Source: Callorhinchus milii
Taxonomy: Eukaryota
Reading direction: 5' to 3'
NCBI RefSeq assembly: GCF_018977255.1
Contig: NW_024704742.1
Coordinates: forward strand, 125,862,001-125,926,000
DNA: 64,000 bases
The notes beneath the pieces were generated by a model. It had not been told where the DNA came from. It saw only the letters and a program-made list of their open reading frames with translations, and searched no databases. The translations under genes were made by a program, and so were the position numbers. Every line of letters begins with the position of its first letter. Position 1 is the first letter of the stretch. Positions 23,454-35,989 of the stretch are shown one piece after another.

Positions 23454-23511
23454 GGTATTCCTTAAGCAGTTCCTTGTTTAAAATAATACAAGGAGTATGT
23501 TAAGGAATACC
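23454..23511. repeat. short hairpin (MITE-like)
   Basis: ggtattccttaa / ttaaggaatacc perfect arms; inner tccttgt / acaagga. Confidence 0.65.
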
Positions 23512-24473
23512 CACAAATCTGTTCCTTAGTGCTGGTGGAAACACTCTCCCTCACTTACGTCAGTAATGAGTTTACTGTGATCCTACAAAGCTGTTCCTTC
23601 AGATCAGCTGACAGCAGGCCGGTGTAATAAAACATAGGTAACTGATGACTGTATAAAGTTGTTTCCCTGATCTTGGCCATGAGAATGTTGTTTCTAAATC
23701 CATATAAGGAACATAAACACTGGGGTTCTTTTATTAATATCAATACTCCCATTGAATTAGGGTTAGGACATCCCCACGGTCTAGATCAGGAAACTACCTT
23801 TATAGTGCATTTCTTGTGGGTTTGAGTGGGATCAGAGGCCAGGAACAGCATGTTTATTATAGAGATACGTGCGAGCCTGCTTAAGACGAGGATTGGGTTA
23901 AGGAGCACTGGAAATGGTACCTCAATATATGTAGTATAGGCAAACAAAGGGGTGCAAAATACATTCAATGTGATCACATCACATTGCATTGTTTCACCAA
24001 AACATCTGTACTGAAAAATATTTTAAAAAGTTAATATAACTTTATGCATTACTATCAGTTTAGATCAGAAGTATAATATAACTATATTATCTGCAGTCAA
24101 TTCAGTGCTGAACACAAAATGGTTTTCTATTCTTTGCACCTCGTGTCATCAATAGGATACATCATGAGTAGATGAAAGGTAAAGCTTCCTCTACATTGTT
24201 GTAAAAACATACCTTGATCCTAACTTCAGTGGAACGTTCACCAAGATCCCAGTGTGAAATTTTTGTTTCCCAAATCAGTCTTATTAAGTAGTATCAATTT
24301 CAGAAAGGTTTAGACCATCTGTCCTTCTAGCCAACCCATCCAAATTCCTACAACACTCCATCTGGCCTCTCCATGATTAACATTATTGAATTATGAAAAG
24401 TTTTCTACAATGAACTTATACAAACAAAGTTTGGCTTTGAATTAATCAAATCTCTGCCGTGTTCGCCACAGTT

Positions 24474-24786
24474 GAGTCCTGTAGCTCAGTGGTTAGAGCA
24501 CTCACCTTGCAAGCGAGACACTTGGGTTCAATTCTAGGCAGAGCGAAACCTTGGGCAAGTTTCCTTACTCCACACGCCTAATAATAATCCCTCCAAAACA
24601 AAACAATAATAAATTGGTCATTTTCAATCCACGACTGTTTGTGGGACACTGCTGTGCGCAATTGGCTGCCACGATTTGCCCACAAATATACAGTCAATTC
24701 ACTTTACAGCATATTCTGTGAAGCTCTTTGAGACTTCTAGAAGACGTGAAAAGTGCTATATCAAATGCAAGGATTATTATTATTAT
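24474..24786 (+). mobile_element. family A SINE, short form, with TSD agttga
   Basis: agttga at 24470-24475 and 24787-24792. Confidence 0.92.
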
Positions 24787-25435
24787 AGTTGACCACACCA
24801 TCCTCCTCCATCAGCTCTCCTCCCTCATCTACCTTAGCGGGACCACACTAGCATGGTTCAAGTCCTACTTAACCAATCGCCCCATTTCATCTCAGCAAAT
24901 GGTTTCTCTTCCCGCCCCCACCCAGTCAGCTGCGGGATTCCCCAGGGCTCCATCTTTAGCCTCTTCTTTTCCTTATCTAGATGCTCCCTCAGGTCAATGT
25001 CATCTGCAGACTTCATGTAAACTTCCACATGTATGCGGATGACACACAAATCTACTTTGACTCCTCCAGTACCAACTCCAGATCCGCCGATGTTCTATCA
25101 ATTTGTCTGACAGACATCAAGGCCTGGATGAGTGTAAACTTCCAGCAGCTGAATATGGACAAGACGGAAACCATACTCCTTGGCCCCCGACAACGTCTTC
25201 GCCCTGAGAATCTAAACTCCTCAACCTCCCTGGGCTCTCCCTCAGACTCACCAAACCAGTGCACAACTTAAGCATCCGGTTCAACCCCCAGCTGTCCTTC
25301 CTGCCCCATATCCAGTCCCTGACCAGGACCAATTTCTTCCACCTGCGCCACATTGCCCGCCTCCGACCATACCTTACCCCAAATGCAGCCAAAACCCTTG
25401 TGCATGCATTTGTCACCTCTCGCTTGGATTAGTCC

Positions 25436-25926
25436 CCCAGAGGATTGATTTCAAGATCCTCATCCTCACCTACAAGGCCATTCACAGCCTTGCTCCCTCC
25501 TACCTCTCCAACCTGCTATCCCCCTACCTACCTGCCCGTACCCTCCGTTCCTCTGGCTCCGGTCTGCTCCACGTCCCCCGCCCCAACCGCCCTACCATCG
25601 GTGGTCGGGCCTTCAGCCTCTCAGCCCCCAGGCTCTGGAACTCCATCCCCCAGTGCCTTCGCCTTGCCTCCTCCCTTTCCTCCTTCAAGGCCGGTCTCAA
25701 GACCTTTCTCTTTGACCGAGCCTTCAGCTCCCCTCTCGACTCTCTTCCCCCTCCTCGCTCCCTCCCTTCCCTCCCCTCACCCTGACCATTTCCCCCCTCC
25801 TCGCTCCCTCCCCTCCCCTGACCATTTCCCCCCTGCTTGGGTCATGACCCAACTGTGCAGCGCCTTGGGACGTCCTCCTGACGTGAAAGGCGCTTTATAA
25901 ATGGAATCTTGTTGTTGTTGTTGTTG
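25436..25926 (+). mobile_element. younger L2 3' fragment nested in older L2
   Basis: TSD tagtcc at 25430-25435 and 25927-25932; (GTT)n tail; close to the copy at 60600-61041. Confidence 0.9.
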
Positions 25927-26887
25927 TAGTCCAATGCACTTCTCACCCTTCTTTCCAGCTCCACCATTCACAAAATCCAGCTTATTCAAAACTTTGCCGC
26001 CTGCATACTGACCCGAACCAAAGTCCGTACCCACATCTCACCAGTCCTGACCAGGCTCCACTGGCTCCCCATCACTGAATGGATTGACTTCAAGATCCTC
26101 ACTCTCGTGTTCAAATCCACTGTTTCCCTGGCACCTCCCTACCTCTCTGACCTCCTCTCTCCCCAATCCACCACCCAGCACCTCTGCTCGACTGGCACCG
26201 GCCTCCTGCTCGTCCCTCGCACCCTCCGCCCCACCATTGGAGGTCATGCTTTCAGCCACTATGCCCCAAACCTCTGGAGCACTTTCCCTCAATCCCTCCG
26301 CCTTGCCCCTCTCTCCCCTCTTTCAATTCCCACCTGAAGACCCTCCTGTTTGAATGTGCTTACGGCCACCTTTCCCCGGCTCGGAGTCAGGCTCCGCCAC
26401 TGTTAAACGCTCTGAGACGTTACCTTGCATGGAGGGCGCTATATAAGTGCAAGTTGTTGTTGTTATCTAATTCACAATTACAGCTAGGGCTAGGATTTGA
26501 GCTCACTGTTCTGAACTAAAACATTAACTCAAAAGCCCCAGGGCTGTTTGTTAATCTATTCAAAATGCTAAGTAGGTTTGCAAATTAGTGTGTTTGACAT
26601 GTTAAACTGTGGTTCACTTTGGGTATCTGAGGTGCTCCATCTGAACAAGGTATAATGACAATAATTTTATTATATTTATGAAACTGAAGATAAATGGAAT
26701 TGAATATGGTTTGGGAACGTGGCGGTGTTTGGAGTGATGGATTAGTTTACAAACTATAAGCATCCGACCCCATTAAAGCCTGGCAACACAAATACCTGTA
26801 CCAGCAATTTTGAGCTCACAGTCTAGGCTGACACTTGAGTGTAGCATTGGGACTGCACTTCATTGCCTGAGATGCTATCCTTCAGCT

Positions 26888-27225
26888 GAAGGGTTTTGAT
26901 AAGGTAAATAGAGTGAAAGTATGTCTGCTGTTTGGTGAGTCAGTTACTAAAGGGCATCAATATAAGGATCATTACCAAAAACCTAATGGGGAGATGAAGA
27001 GAATTTTTTTTTAACACAGAATTATTAGGACTGAGAAGGCTTTACTGAAAGCTATGATTGAACCAGAAACCATAATAGCTTTTCAAATGGAATTAGACAG
27101 ATATTGGAAAAAGAAAAATGTAGAAGTGTTTAGGGAAAGGGTAGGGGAGTGGAACTAAACAGATTACTCTTTCATAGAACGGCACAGATTCAATGGGCTA
27201 AATGGACTCCTTTTGTGCTGTTCGA
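26888..27225 (+). mobile_element. CR1-type LINE 3' fragment
   Basis: gaagggttttgataaggtaaatagag...gaattttttttt..cacagaa; aatgggctaaatggactcctt. Confidence 0.7.
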
Positions 27226-27234
27226 TGAGCATAT

Positions 27235-27665
27235 TTGAGTTCAAGATCCTCGTCCTCACCTGTAAGACCATCCATGGCCTCGCCCCTCCTACCTCTCTGA
27301 CCTGCTGACTCCCTCCCAACCTGCCCGCTCCCTCCGTTCATCAGGCTCCGGCCGGCTCCATGTCTCCCGCCCGACCCACCCTGCCATCAGTGGTAGGGCT
27401 TTCAGCCTCTCTGCCCCCAAATTCTAGAACTCCATCCCACAGTCCCTTCACCTTGATTCCTCCCTCGCCTCCTTCAAGAGCGGTCTCAAGACCCTTCTCT
27501 TCGACCGTGCCTTTGGTCTTTGGTCTCCCTCCCACCTCTCTGCCTTCCCTCAGCCCTACACCACCCCTCCCCCATGCTCGGGCCCCGACAGCTGACTGTT
27601 CAGCGTTTGGGACGTCCTCCCGACGTGAAAGGAGGTCTATAAATGTAATTTTGTTGTTGTTGTTA
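27235..27665 (+). mobile_element. L2 3' fragment
   Basis: ttcaagatcctcgtcctcacc...ccttcaag..tctcaagaccc...gacgtgaaagg...(GTT)n. Confidence 0.9.
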
Positions 27666-27900
27666 TTCCATGAAATATGTTGGCCATTTACTTAATGACT
27701 GTTTGTAGGACCTTGCAGTGTGTAATTTAGGTATTGCATTTGCCTGCAAATCCATATCACTGGACTGGATAACAATCACATGTAAAGCATTTTGAGTTGT
27801 TACAACATTAGAAGTGTCATATGAAATGCAAGAATTATTAGAAGAGCAGGATTGGTGAAGTAAAACAAGTAGATATTAATTTAGTGAAGTTTCATATTAT

Positions 27901-28180
27901 ACAACAAAAACAACAAAATTACATTTGTAAAGTGCCTCTCAGTCTCAGGAGGATGTCCCAAGCTGCTGAACAGTCAGGGACCAGGACCCGAACTTGAAGG
28001 GGGAAGGGTTGGAATGATGGAGGGCAGAGGGGATAGGAGGGCGGCTGAAGGTATGGTCAATAGGGAGGCAAGGAAGGGAGCAAGGCAAAGGGATTGTGGG
28101 ATGTAATTCCAAAGAGTGGGGGCAGAGAGGCTGAAACCTGGTCGCCAATGGTAGGGTGCGTCTGGCGGGAGACATGGTCA
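27901..28180 (-). mobile_element. L2 3' fragment
   Basis: (AAC)n + aattacatttgtaaagtgcc + ggaggatgtccca. Confidence 0.75.
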
Positions 28181-28436
28181 ATAGGGAGACAAGGAAGTCT
28201 GCTGAACGGGCATCTTTATAGATGCACAAAAATGGGAACTGGAGCCAAAGCAGTCTAAACTTATTTAATTCGGGACAGAATCTTCCATACCAGTTGTGGA
28301 GGATAAGAAATGAGCATTGCATACAACAACAATAACAATGACAAAAACTTGCATTTATGTAGCACCCCTCACCTAGGGTGGTGTCTCAGGGCATTTAAAT
28401 TATAACTTGCATACAATAACTTGAATGCTCACGTAC

Positions 28437-28805
28437 GGAGTCCTGTAGCTCAGTAGTTAGAGCATTCACCTTGCAAGCGAAAGACTTGGGTTCAATATCC
28501 GGCAGGCCAAAACATTGGGGAAGTTTCCTTACTCCACATGCCTCTGTTTACCCAGTAGTAAATAGGAGTCCAGTTGTTAGTTGATTGGCAGATCGCTTCT
28601 CCAGAGGTAATAATTTCTTCAAAAAAAATAAGTTAGTCACTCGATGCATGACTGTTTGTGGGACACTGCTGTGTGCAATCAGTTGCCACATTTTGCCCAC
28701 AAAATATACAGTCAATTCACTTTATAGTATATTCTGTGAAGCGCTTTGAGACGTCCCGAAACTATGATAAGGCACTACATGAAATGCAAGGATTATAATT
28801 ATTAA
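28437..28805 (+). mobile_element. family A SINE, long form
   Basis: ggagtcctgtagctcag head, internal segment, Deu-like body, tail. Confidence 0.9.
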
Positions 28806-31385
28806 TATAGCTCTTGTAATCAATTGATTTCCTTGCCAATTCCCTCTTGCACAATCTATGTAAACCAACAAGCTGAAGAGACATGATGTTGTGGCTGAGG
28901 TCCATCAATGGGCCGCAGCGTGCGTTGTAGATGTTGCATTGCATTTCTTCATGTGATGTGTTGTTGCACAACAGCAGCAGAGTCAAATAGAAGCCACTCT
29001 TCAATTAACCATTGATATTTTAGTATAAGTTCAAAGATTCTCTGAATTGAATTGACGGAACGCAAATCAAGATTTTCCAAACTGAATCCTGAATCTAATT
29101 GTTGAACGTGAGTCCATCCTCCTCTAGTTTTGCTCTTTGAAACATGTACCCTCTACAACCACAAACAATTATAAAGTGTATTCAATGTCCTTTGTACGTA
29201 ACTCTTTGTCATCTTGTCTTTTACCAGGAGGAAAAAATCGGCTTGTTGAAAACAATCGAAAAAAAAATTAAGGTAAACTAAGATAGGCTTTTATTTAACA
29301 ATGTAAAACACACAGGTTGCTAAATGTGCCCCCCTCCTTTCCAGAAACCATTAAGGTATTGTGCCTCACTAAGCCCATTAATCATACCTCTCTGTCGATA
29401 CCTGCTTCCTGCAGCCAAAGCATTAAGCCACTGCTGTATGAAGAGGTCCATTTCCTTCACATTTATTTTCCAGCTATGAAAATGAGACTGTGTCAGCTAA
29501 TGGAGATCATTGATGTAAGGAAGAAAAACCACAGTGAAAGGGTTATGCGACATTCTAATTGAGATAGTCTTCTAATAATAGTGTGAATCTGTCTATTAGA
29601 AACAGTCCGCCCAGTTTTTCTATTATTTCAATTTACTTTGTGCTTCTGTATAATAACTTACTCTGCAAAGGGAAAATCTCATAAATGGGTATGAATGTTA
29701 TATAATCATCTATTTTTAAACCGTTGGCCAGCTGAGCAGAAAATGAATGGAAAAGGTTAGTTTGTGTCCCTTATTCCCAGGAACACCTCCAGAAGACCTT
29801 CAGAGTCTTTCAGGCATTTAACAGAGGAGAAGCAGGCACTGTATCCAGTCGATAAGGCTGTGCTGTAGACATCTCAACATCCAACCAGCTGGAGGGTGAC
29901 ACGTGATTAGTGGATGAAGCCAACACAAGAATCCTGCTTTAGACAAGATAAAAATGAATACATGTAGTCTGGCAATCCCAAGCTCACAACTGGTTAGTAT
30001 TTCCTGGGAATTCTGTCCTCCTGGGTTGTAGTACTTAGGAAATGCTTCCGAAATTCAGAGTCTAATATTTAAAGTGTTTTTTGATCGAGCAAAGATTGCA
30101 AAGTTCATTAATCCTGCCCCTGGCACCAGCAATTTAGCATTAATTTTGTTGGATGAAGACTTATGTTAAAATTAATTTTAAAAGTTCATAGTTAAACTAA
30201 TTGCCATTCTAATTGCAGGGAATGAAAGTTTTGAGCCCCTCATTAAGTAAGCAAAATGGCCACCAATAGAATTGGCTGTGGGAGGAACCATTGTCTAGAT
30301 ATTCAGTGCCAAACGTGTTACGAGGACAGGTTTTAAACCATCTTTTTAGTCATAATTTAATTACTGTTCCTTAACGACACACACTCTGGGGTCATCCCCC
30401 TGAGCCCAATGCTTTCTTGAATTAGGTGAATAGGGTGCAGCCCTTCAGGGAGAGAGTTTCCATTCCAGAAACAGGGAACTTTCTGTGTGTAAGTGGCATA
30501 CATATGCATGACAGTCTGGTTTGAATACACTTAAGCATGCTGATGGGTTTCCACATGTATCAGCCACCTGGCTGCCCCACCGCTCCCTCCCCTCCCCCCC
30601 AAAACCCCTGAAAAAAACAGAAGGCCTAAAATTCCACCTAGCCTTAGCCTGTAAGACCATCTTCTCTTGAAATTTAAGGTGCAGAATTGTGGAAAGTCCA
30701 ATTCAGTCTTGTTTTGAACTCTGGCTTTCTACAGTTTTCAAAAAGGAACTGGCATCCATATTAAGATTTTTTCCACAAACAGTGTGATTTTAAATGTTAA
30801 GACAAAATGGCTTTCCTGGTTAAGATTACAGTATGTGGAATTTCAGGCTTACTTAGGAATATCACAGTATTTACCTCAATCTACCTGTGGCATAATTTTA
30901 CAGCAGTGCATTATGTGGTTCCAAAAAATGAAGGTTGACGAAACACACATTCATCATATTTTGCCACTTTAAATATGAAACCAAAGAAAATAAACTGATG
31001 AAAGAGTCATAAATTTGCCCAATTGTTTTTTGAAAACAACACATAAAATACATTTCACTTTCAATTTGTCAAGTGGAGATGGACCAACTAGAGATGGAAC
31101 CTGCATCCTGTGTATTAATAGTGCACAGCTTATCAGATTGATGCATCTGTCAGATACATGTATTGCAATAGAACGGCAAAGGACAAACTACACTAAATTA
31201 TGTTTCTGTTTGGTTGCTGTGGCAACATGGCGACAAACACACAGGCCTCTGGCAATGTTCGCCACTAATGGGATTTCCCAATATCACTGTGTGAAACCCT
31301 CACTGAAATTTGTACTCCCATGGTTCAGTCCTCTCTTTGCAAACCACAACCTGAGACCATCATTGCTGCTACCTGTTTCTTTGTA

Positions 31386-32133
31386 CTGCAGGTTCACCCC
31401 ATTATAAGATGGTTAAGCGCAGGTTTGTTAATAACACAAGCCTTTTGTGGACTATGCAATAACAGGAGGGAGTACACCTGGTGCTGATCACACACTGTGC
31501 ATGCTGTACGATGCACAGCAAACACTATTAACGTCACTTTGAAAGAAATATAATAAACTTTATAAAATAATAATCCTTGCATTTGATGTAGTGCCTTATT
31601 ACGTCTTTGAGACGTCTCAAAACGCTTCACATAATACACTGTAAAGTGAATTGACTGTATATTTTGTGGGTGAAACACAGGGGCCAATTGTGCACATTGT
31701 ATCCCACCAAATAATTTTTGTTTATTTTGAAGGAATTATTACCCCCAGAAAAGCGATTCACCATTTGACTAACAGCTGGGTTCTTATTTATTGCTAGGTA
31801 AACACAGGCATGTGGAGTAAGGAAACTTGCTCAACATTTTACCCCGTTGAGAATCGAACCCAGGTCCTCTACTTGCAAGGCAGTGCTCTAACCACTAAGC
31901 TATTGAAACGTCTTTTTCAATGTACAGTACCAAGTAAGAGACTCCTTACAAACAACAACTTGCATTTAAATACAATATAAAATACAATCTAAAATTATAT
32001 TTGTAAAGTGCCTTTCATGTCGGGAGGATGACCCAAGGTAGGAGAGTGGCTGAAGGCACGGTTGAAGAGGAGGGTCTTGAGGTGTGCCTTACAGGAGGCA
32101 AATGAGGGAGTGAGGTGAAGGGAATGTGGGATG
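31386..32133. repeat. local duplication, copy 1 (unique DNA + family A SINE + L2 3' end)
   Basis: near-identical to 32975-33719. Confidence 0.95.
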
Positions 32134-32977
32134 GAGTTCCAGGGGGTGGGGGCAGAGAGCCTGAATGGCCGACTGCCGATGGTGGGGCAGGCTAGACGGG
32201 GGACATGAAGCAAACTGGAGCCTGCTGAGCGGAGGGAGCGGACAGGTTGATAAGGGGTTAGCAGGTTGGAGAGGTAGGAGGGGCAAGGCCATGGAGGGCT
32301 TTGACAGTGAGGATGAGGATTTTGAACTCGATCCTCTGAGGCATGGGGAGCCAGTGGAGCCGAGTGAGGGTGGGTGTGATGGGATTACAGAGCCTGGTGT
32401 GGGAGAGGACATGAGCTGCAGAGTTCTGGATGATCCAAAGCTTGTGGAGGGAAGAGTTGGGAAGGCTGACAAGCAGGGTGTTGACATAGTTGAGGCTGCA
32501 TGTAATGAAGACATGTATGAAGGTTTTAGGGGTCTGAGGGGTGAAGCAGTGGCGGAGTTGGACAATGTTGCGGAGGTGGGGGAAAGCAGAATGGGTAATG
32601 GCATGGATGTGGGGGAGTAATGACAGGTTGAAGGTTGAACAAGACGCCTAGGTTCCTGACTGGCTTGGTGAGGTGGAGTGTCCATCTGTGGATGCTGGTG
32701 CTGCCAGTGCTTGAGGTGCAGAGGCGCTGGTGTGAGCCAATCAGGAGAGCCACAATCTTGCAGACTGTAGAAAGTTGGCTCTCATCCAAGGCTTGTGTCT
32801 AACAGGCAGTCTGTCAGTACATCAGTGGTCCTGGAGTCGAGGGTGGAGGCAGAGGGATAGAGTTGGGTGTCATCTGCGTAAATGTGGATGTTGACCCCAT
32901 ATCTGTGGATGATGTCACCAAGAGGGAGCACGTACAGGTAGAAGAGGAAAGGACCAAGAACTGATCCCTGATCCCTG
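31950..32977 (-). mobile_element. L2 LINE RT-to-tail fragment
   Basis: [12 protein letters not shown] on the minus strand near 32855-32895; tail near 31950-32030. Confidence 0.88.
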
Positions 32978-33719
32978 CAGGTTCACCCCATTATAAGATG
33001 GTTAAGCGCAGGTTTGTTAATAACACAAGCCTTTTGTGGACTATGCAATAACAGGAGGGAGTACACCTGGTGCTGATCACACACTGTGCATGCTGTACGA
33101 TGCACAGCAAACACTATTAACGTCACTTTGAAAGAAATATAATAAACCTTATAAAATAATAATCCTTGCATTTGATGTAGTGCCTTATTACGTCTTTGAG
33201 ACGTCTCAAAACGCTTCACATAATACACTGTAAAGTGAATTGACTGTATATTTTGTGGGTGAAACACAGGGCCAATTGTGCACATTGTATCCCACCAAAT
33301 AATTTTGTTTATTTTGAAGGAATTATTACCCCAGAAAAGCGATTCACCATTTGACTAACAGCTGGGTTCTTATTTATTGCTAGGTAAACACAGGCATGTG
33401 GAGTAAGGAAACTTGCTCAACATTTTAACCCGTTGAGAATCGAACCCAGGTCCTCTACTTGCAAGGCAGTGCTCTAACCACTAAGCTATTGAAACGTCTT
33501 TTTCAATGTACAGTACCAAGTAAGAGACTCCTTACAAACAACAACTTGCATTTAAATACAATATAAAATACAATCTAAAATTATATTTGTAAAGTGCCTT
33601 TCATGTCGGGAGGATGACCCAAGGTAGGAGAGTGGCTGAAGGCACGGTTGAAGAGGAGGGTCTTGAGGTGTGCCTTACAGGAGGCAAATGAGGGAGTGAG
33701 GTGAAGGGAATGTGGGATG
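32975..33719. repeat. local duplication, copy 2
   Basis: differs from copy 1 only at homopolymer runs among the sites I compared. Confidence 0.95.
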
Positions 33720-33904
33720 AATGTGGGATCTGATGTTCTGAAATGTACATCAGAACATCAGATATCTCTTTTGCTACTTTTCACTGAAAATGAACATTTC
33801 CTGCAAAACGAGTGTGAAGTGTTCTCAAAAGTTATTTCAGTTTTGTGGGTGTAACCTCTGTTCTGTTTCTGCTTCACATGTGTCATGGTGCCTTTAGAAT
33901 CTGA

Positions 33905-34560
33905 TATTAGAAGAGAGCGTAGGGCGACCATAGATACAGTCAATGAGGCAGGTATTCAGGTGGGATTTGAAGATAGATAAATAGGGGGCAGGGGAAAGAG
34001 ATTGAGGTGGAAGTTCCAGAGGTTAGGGGCTGAAGACATGACCGTCAATGTTGACATAGAGAGGTTAGGGGGCACACAGCAGGTCAGCTGAGCAAAGGAA
34101 GTGGGCAGAGGAGTGGGGTACGAACAGGTCAGTGAGTTCGGGAGATGATAAGGTGTGAAGGTGTTTATTTGTATGTGTAGGTGAGGATCTTAAAGTCACT
34201 CCATCCAGTAATGGGAAGGCAGTGGAGCTTGATGAGGATTGGTGTGATGGGGGTGCAGAATTTGGAGCATGTGAGAATATAGGTGGCAGAGTTTCGTGTT
34301 AATTCGACCTTATGGATGGTGGAATTGGAGATAAGAGCAAGAGCGCATTTCAGATATCAGGCAGGAGATGACAACAATGCAGTTGAAGGTTCCAACGGCA
34401 TTAGATGTGAGGTAGGTAGGCTATGTAGCAGATGACCATGGATACAGTCAATGAGGCAGGTCTTCACGTGGGGAAGATGACCATAATACAGTCAATGAGG
34501 CAGGCAATGTAGGTGGAGGAAAGGAATTCTGATCATCAAGTCAATGTGGGTAGGAAGGGA
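33905..34560 (-). mobile_element. old L2 fragment
   Basis: gaagttccagaggttaggggc, gtgaggatcttaaag, ggtggcagagtttcg resemble reverse L2 3' ORF2. Confidence 0.6.
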
Positions 34561-34699
34561 GACAAGCTTTTCATGTTTCTCTCGTCACAGCAATTCAGCT
34601 GAACGGTACGTAGCTGGGGAAAAAGCAGCCCGCTGAGTTTGATGGATAGCATATGAGTGCAAACTTAAAGCTAGGTGTATGATCCAAACTTTCCATACT

Positions 34700-35013
34700 A
34701 ATAATAACAATCCTTGCATTTGATATAGCGCTTTTCACGTCGGGAGGACGTCCCAAAGCGCTTCACAGAACACACTGTAAAGTGAATTGACTCTATATTT
34801 GTGGGTGAACGCGGCAGCCAATTGCGCACAGCAATGTCCCACAAACAGTCGTAGATTGAAAATGACCAATTTATTATTGTTTTGTTTTGGAGGGATTATT
34901 ATTAGGCTCTGTGTGGAGTAAGGAAACTTGCCCAAGGTTTTGCCCTGCCTGGAATTGAACTCAGGTCTCTCGCTTGCAAAGCGAGTGCTCTAACCACTGA
35001 GCTACAGGACTCC
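34700..35013 (-). mobile_element. family A SINE, short form, with L2-like tail
   Basis: full head; tail carries cacgtcgggaggacgtcccaaagcgc as in L2 3' ends. Confidence 0.92.
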
Positions 35014-35989
35014 ACAACTGAATCAGCATTCCATGCACAGTGAGATCTGATGAGCATGTTTGCCCAGTTTTCAAACCGGAGCTTTTCAAACCTATGACTA
35101 AGACATGAGAACCACAGAAATATAGGAGCTAATTGAAAAATGATGTACACCATACTGAGTTCTTACAGAAGGCAGAACTTCTCACACCAAATTTCTGGTA
35201 GCAGCAAGCTAAATGTAGCATACAAATACAATTAATGCTACAAATGCAATTAATAAGCTGTTTAGAAAAACAAACTAAACTGAACTAGTGGGACCACATT
35301 ATGGAGTTTATTTTTCATTTCAGTTTGCCCCTGTTCCTATATCATTCACTTCATGGGTTGTGTGAGATTGCTACACACAATTGGCTGCCGCTTTTGCCTA
35401 CAAAATACAGTCTCCACACTTAACAGTACATCCTGTGAAGGGTTTGAGATGTTCTTCCAACATGAAAGGGGCTATATCAAATGTAAGTATTAATGTTTTT
35501 GTTTTTCCTCCAATACTATTCTCAAACAAGTGTTTTTCCACTTTATATTTGAAGTGCTAATCCATGCACCCTCAAATGGATATCCACTGTTCTATGGGGG
35601 AAAACATTGAATCTCTGGTGCTTTCTCAGAACTTTTCATTATGAATCTTTGCTCTAATTCTGCTCTCATAATTTGGCAACCTCCATCAGATAGAATTGGT
35701 TATTCGCTTCATAGCTGTTTGAGGGTCATCGCTGTGCACAAATTGGTTTCCATATTCGTCTACAAATACAGTCATTAGATTTCACCGCGGTTCCTGTGAA
35801 GCACTTTGAGTCAACTTGATGACAAGATAAGGCATTATATGAAATATAATGATTATAAGGGTTATTATTTTATTATCTAAGTCCATTATTATTACCTTGC
35901 TTAGGTCTGCGTCACCAATAGCTCTAATTATTTTAAAGACTGGGGTAGTTGAAATTCCACTTAGAAAACAGTGTAAGTCTAGACCCAAG

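Larger units (their letters stand above)
24450..26465 (+). mobile_element. older L2 LINE (RT to tail) hosting two nested insertions
   Basis: GIPQGSI-like and NFHMYADDTQIY motifs, LDxSNALL, (GTT)n tail at 26453-26464. Confidence 0.9.

Noticed and set aside
28762..29004. 80-aa minus ORF with a signal-peptide-like start
   Set aside because: Non-ATG start, ends inside a SINE tail, no splice support
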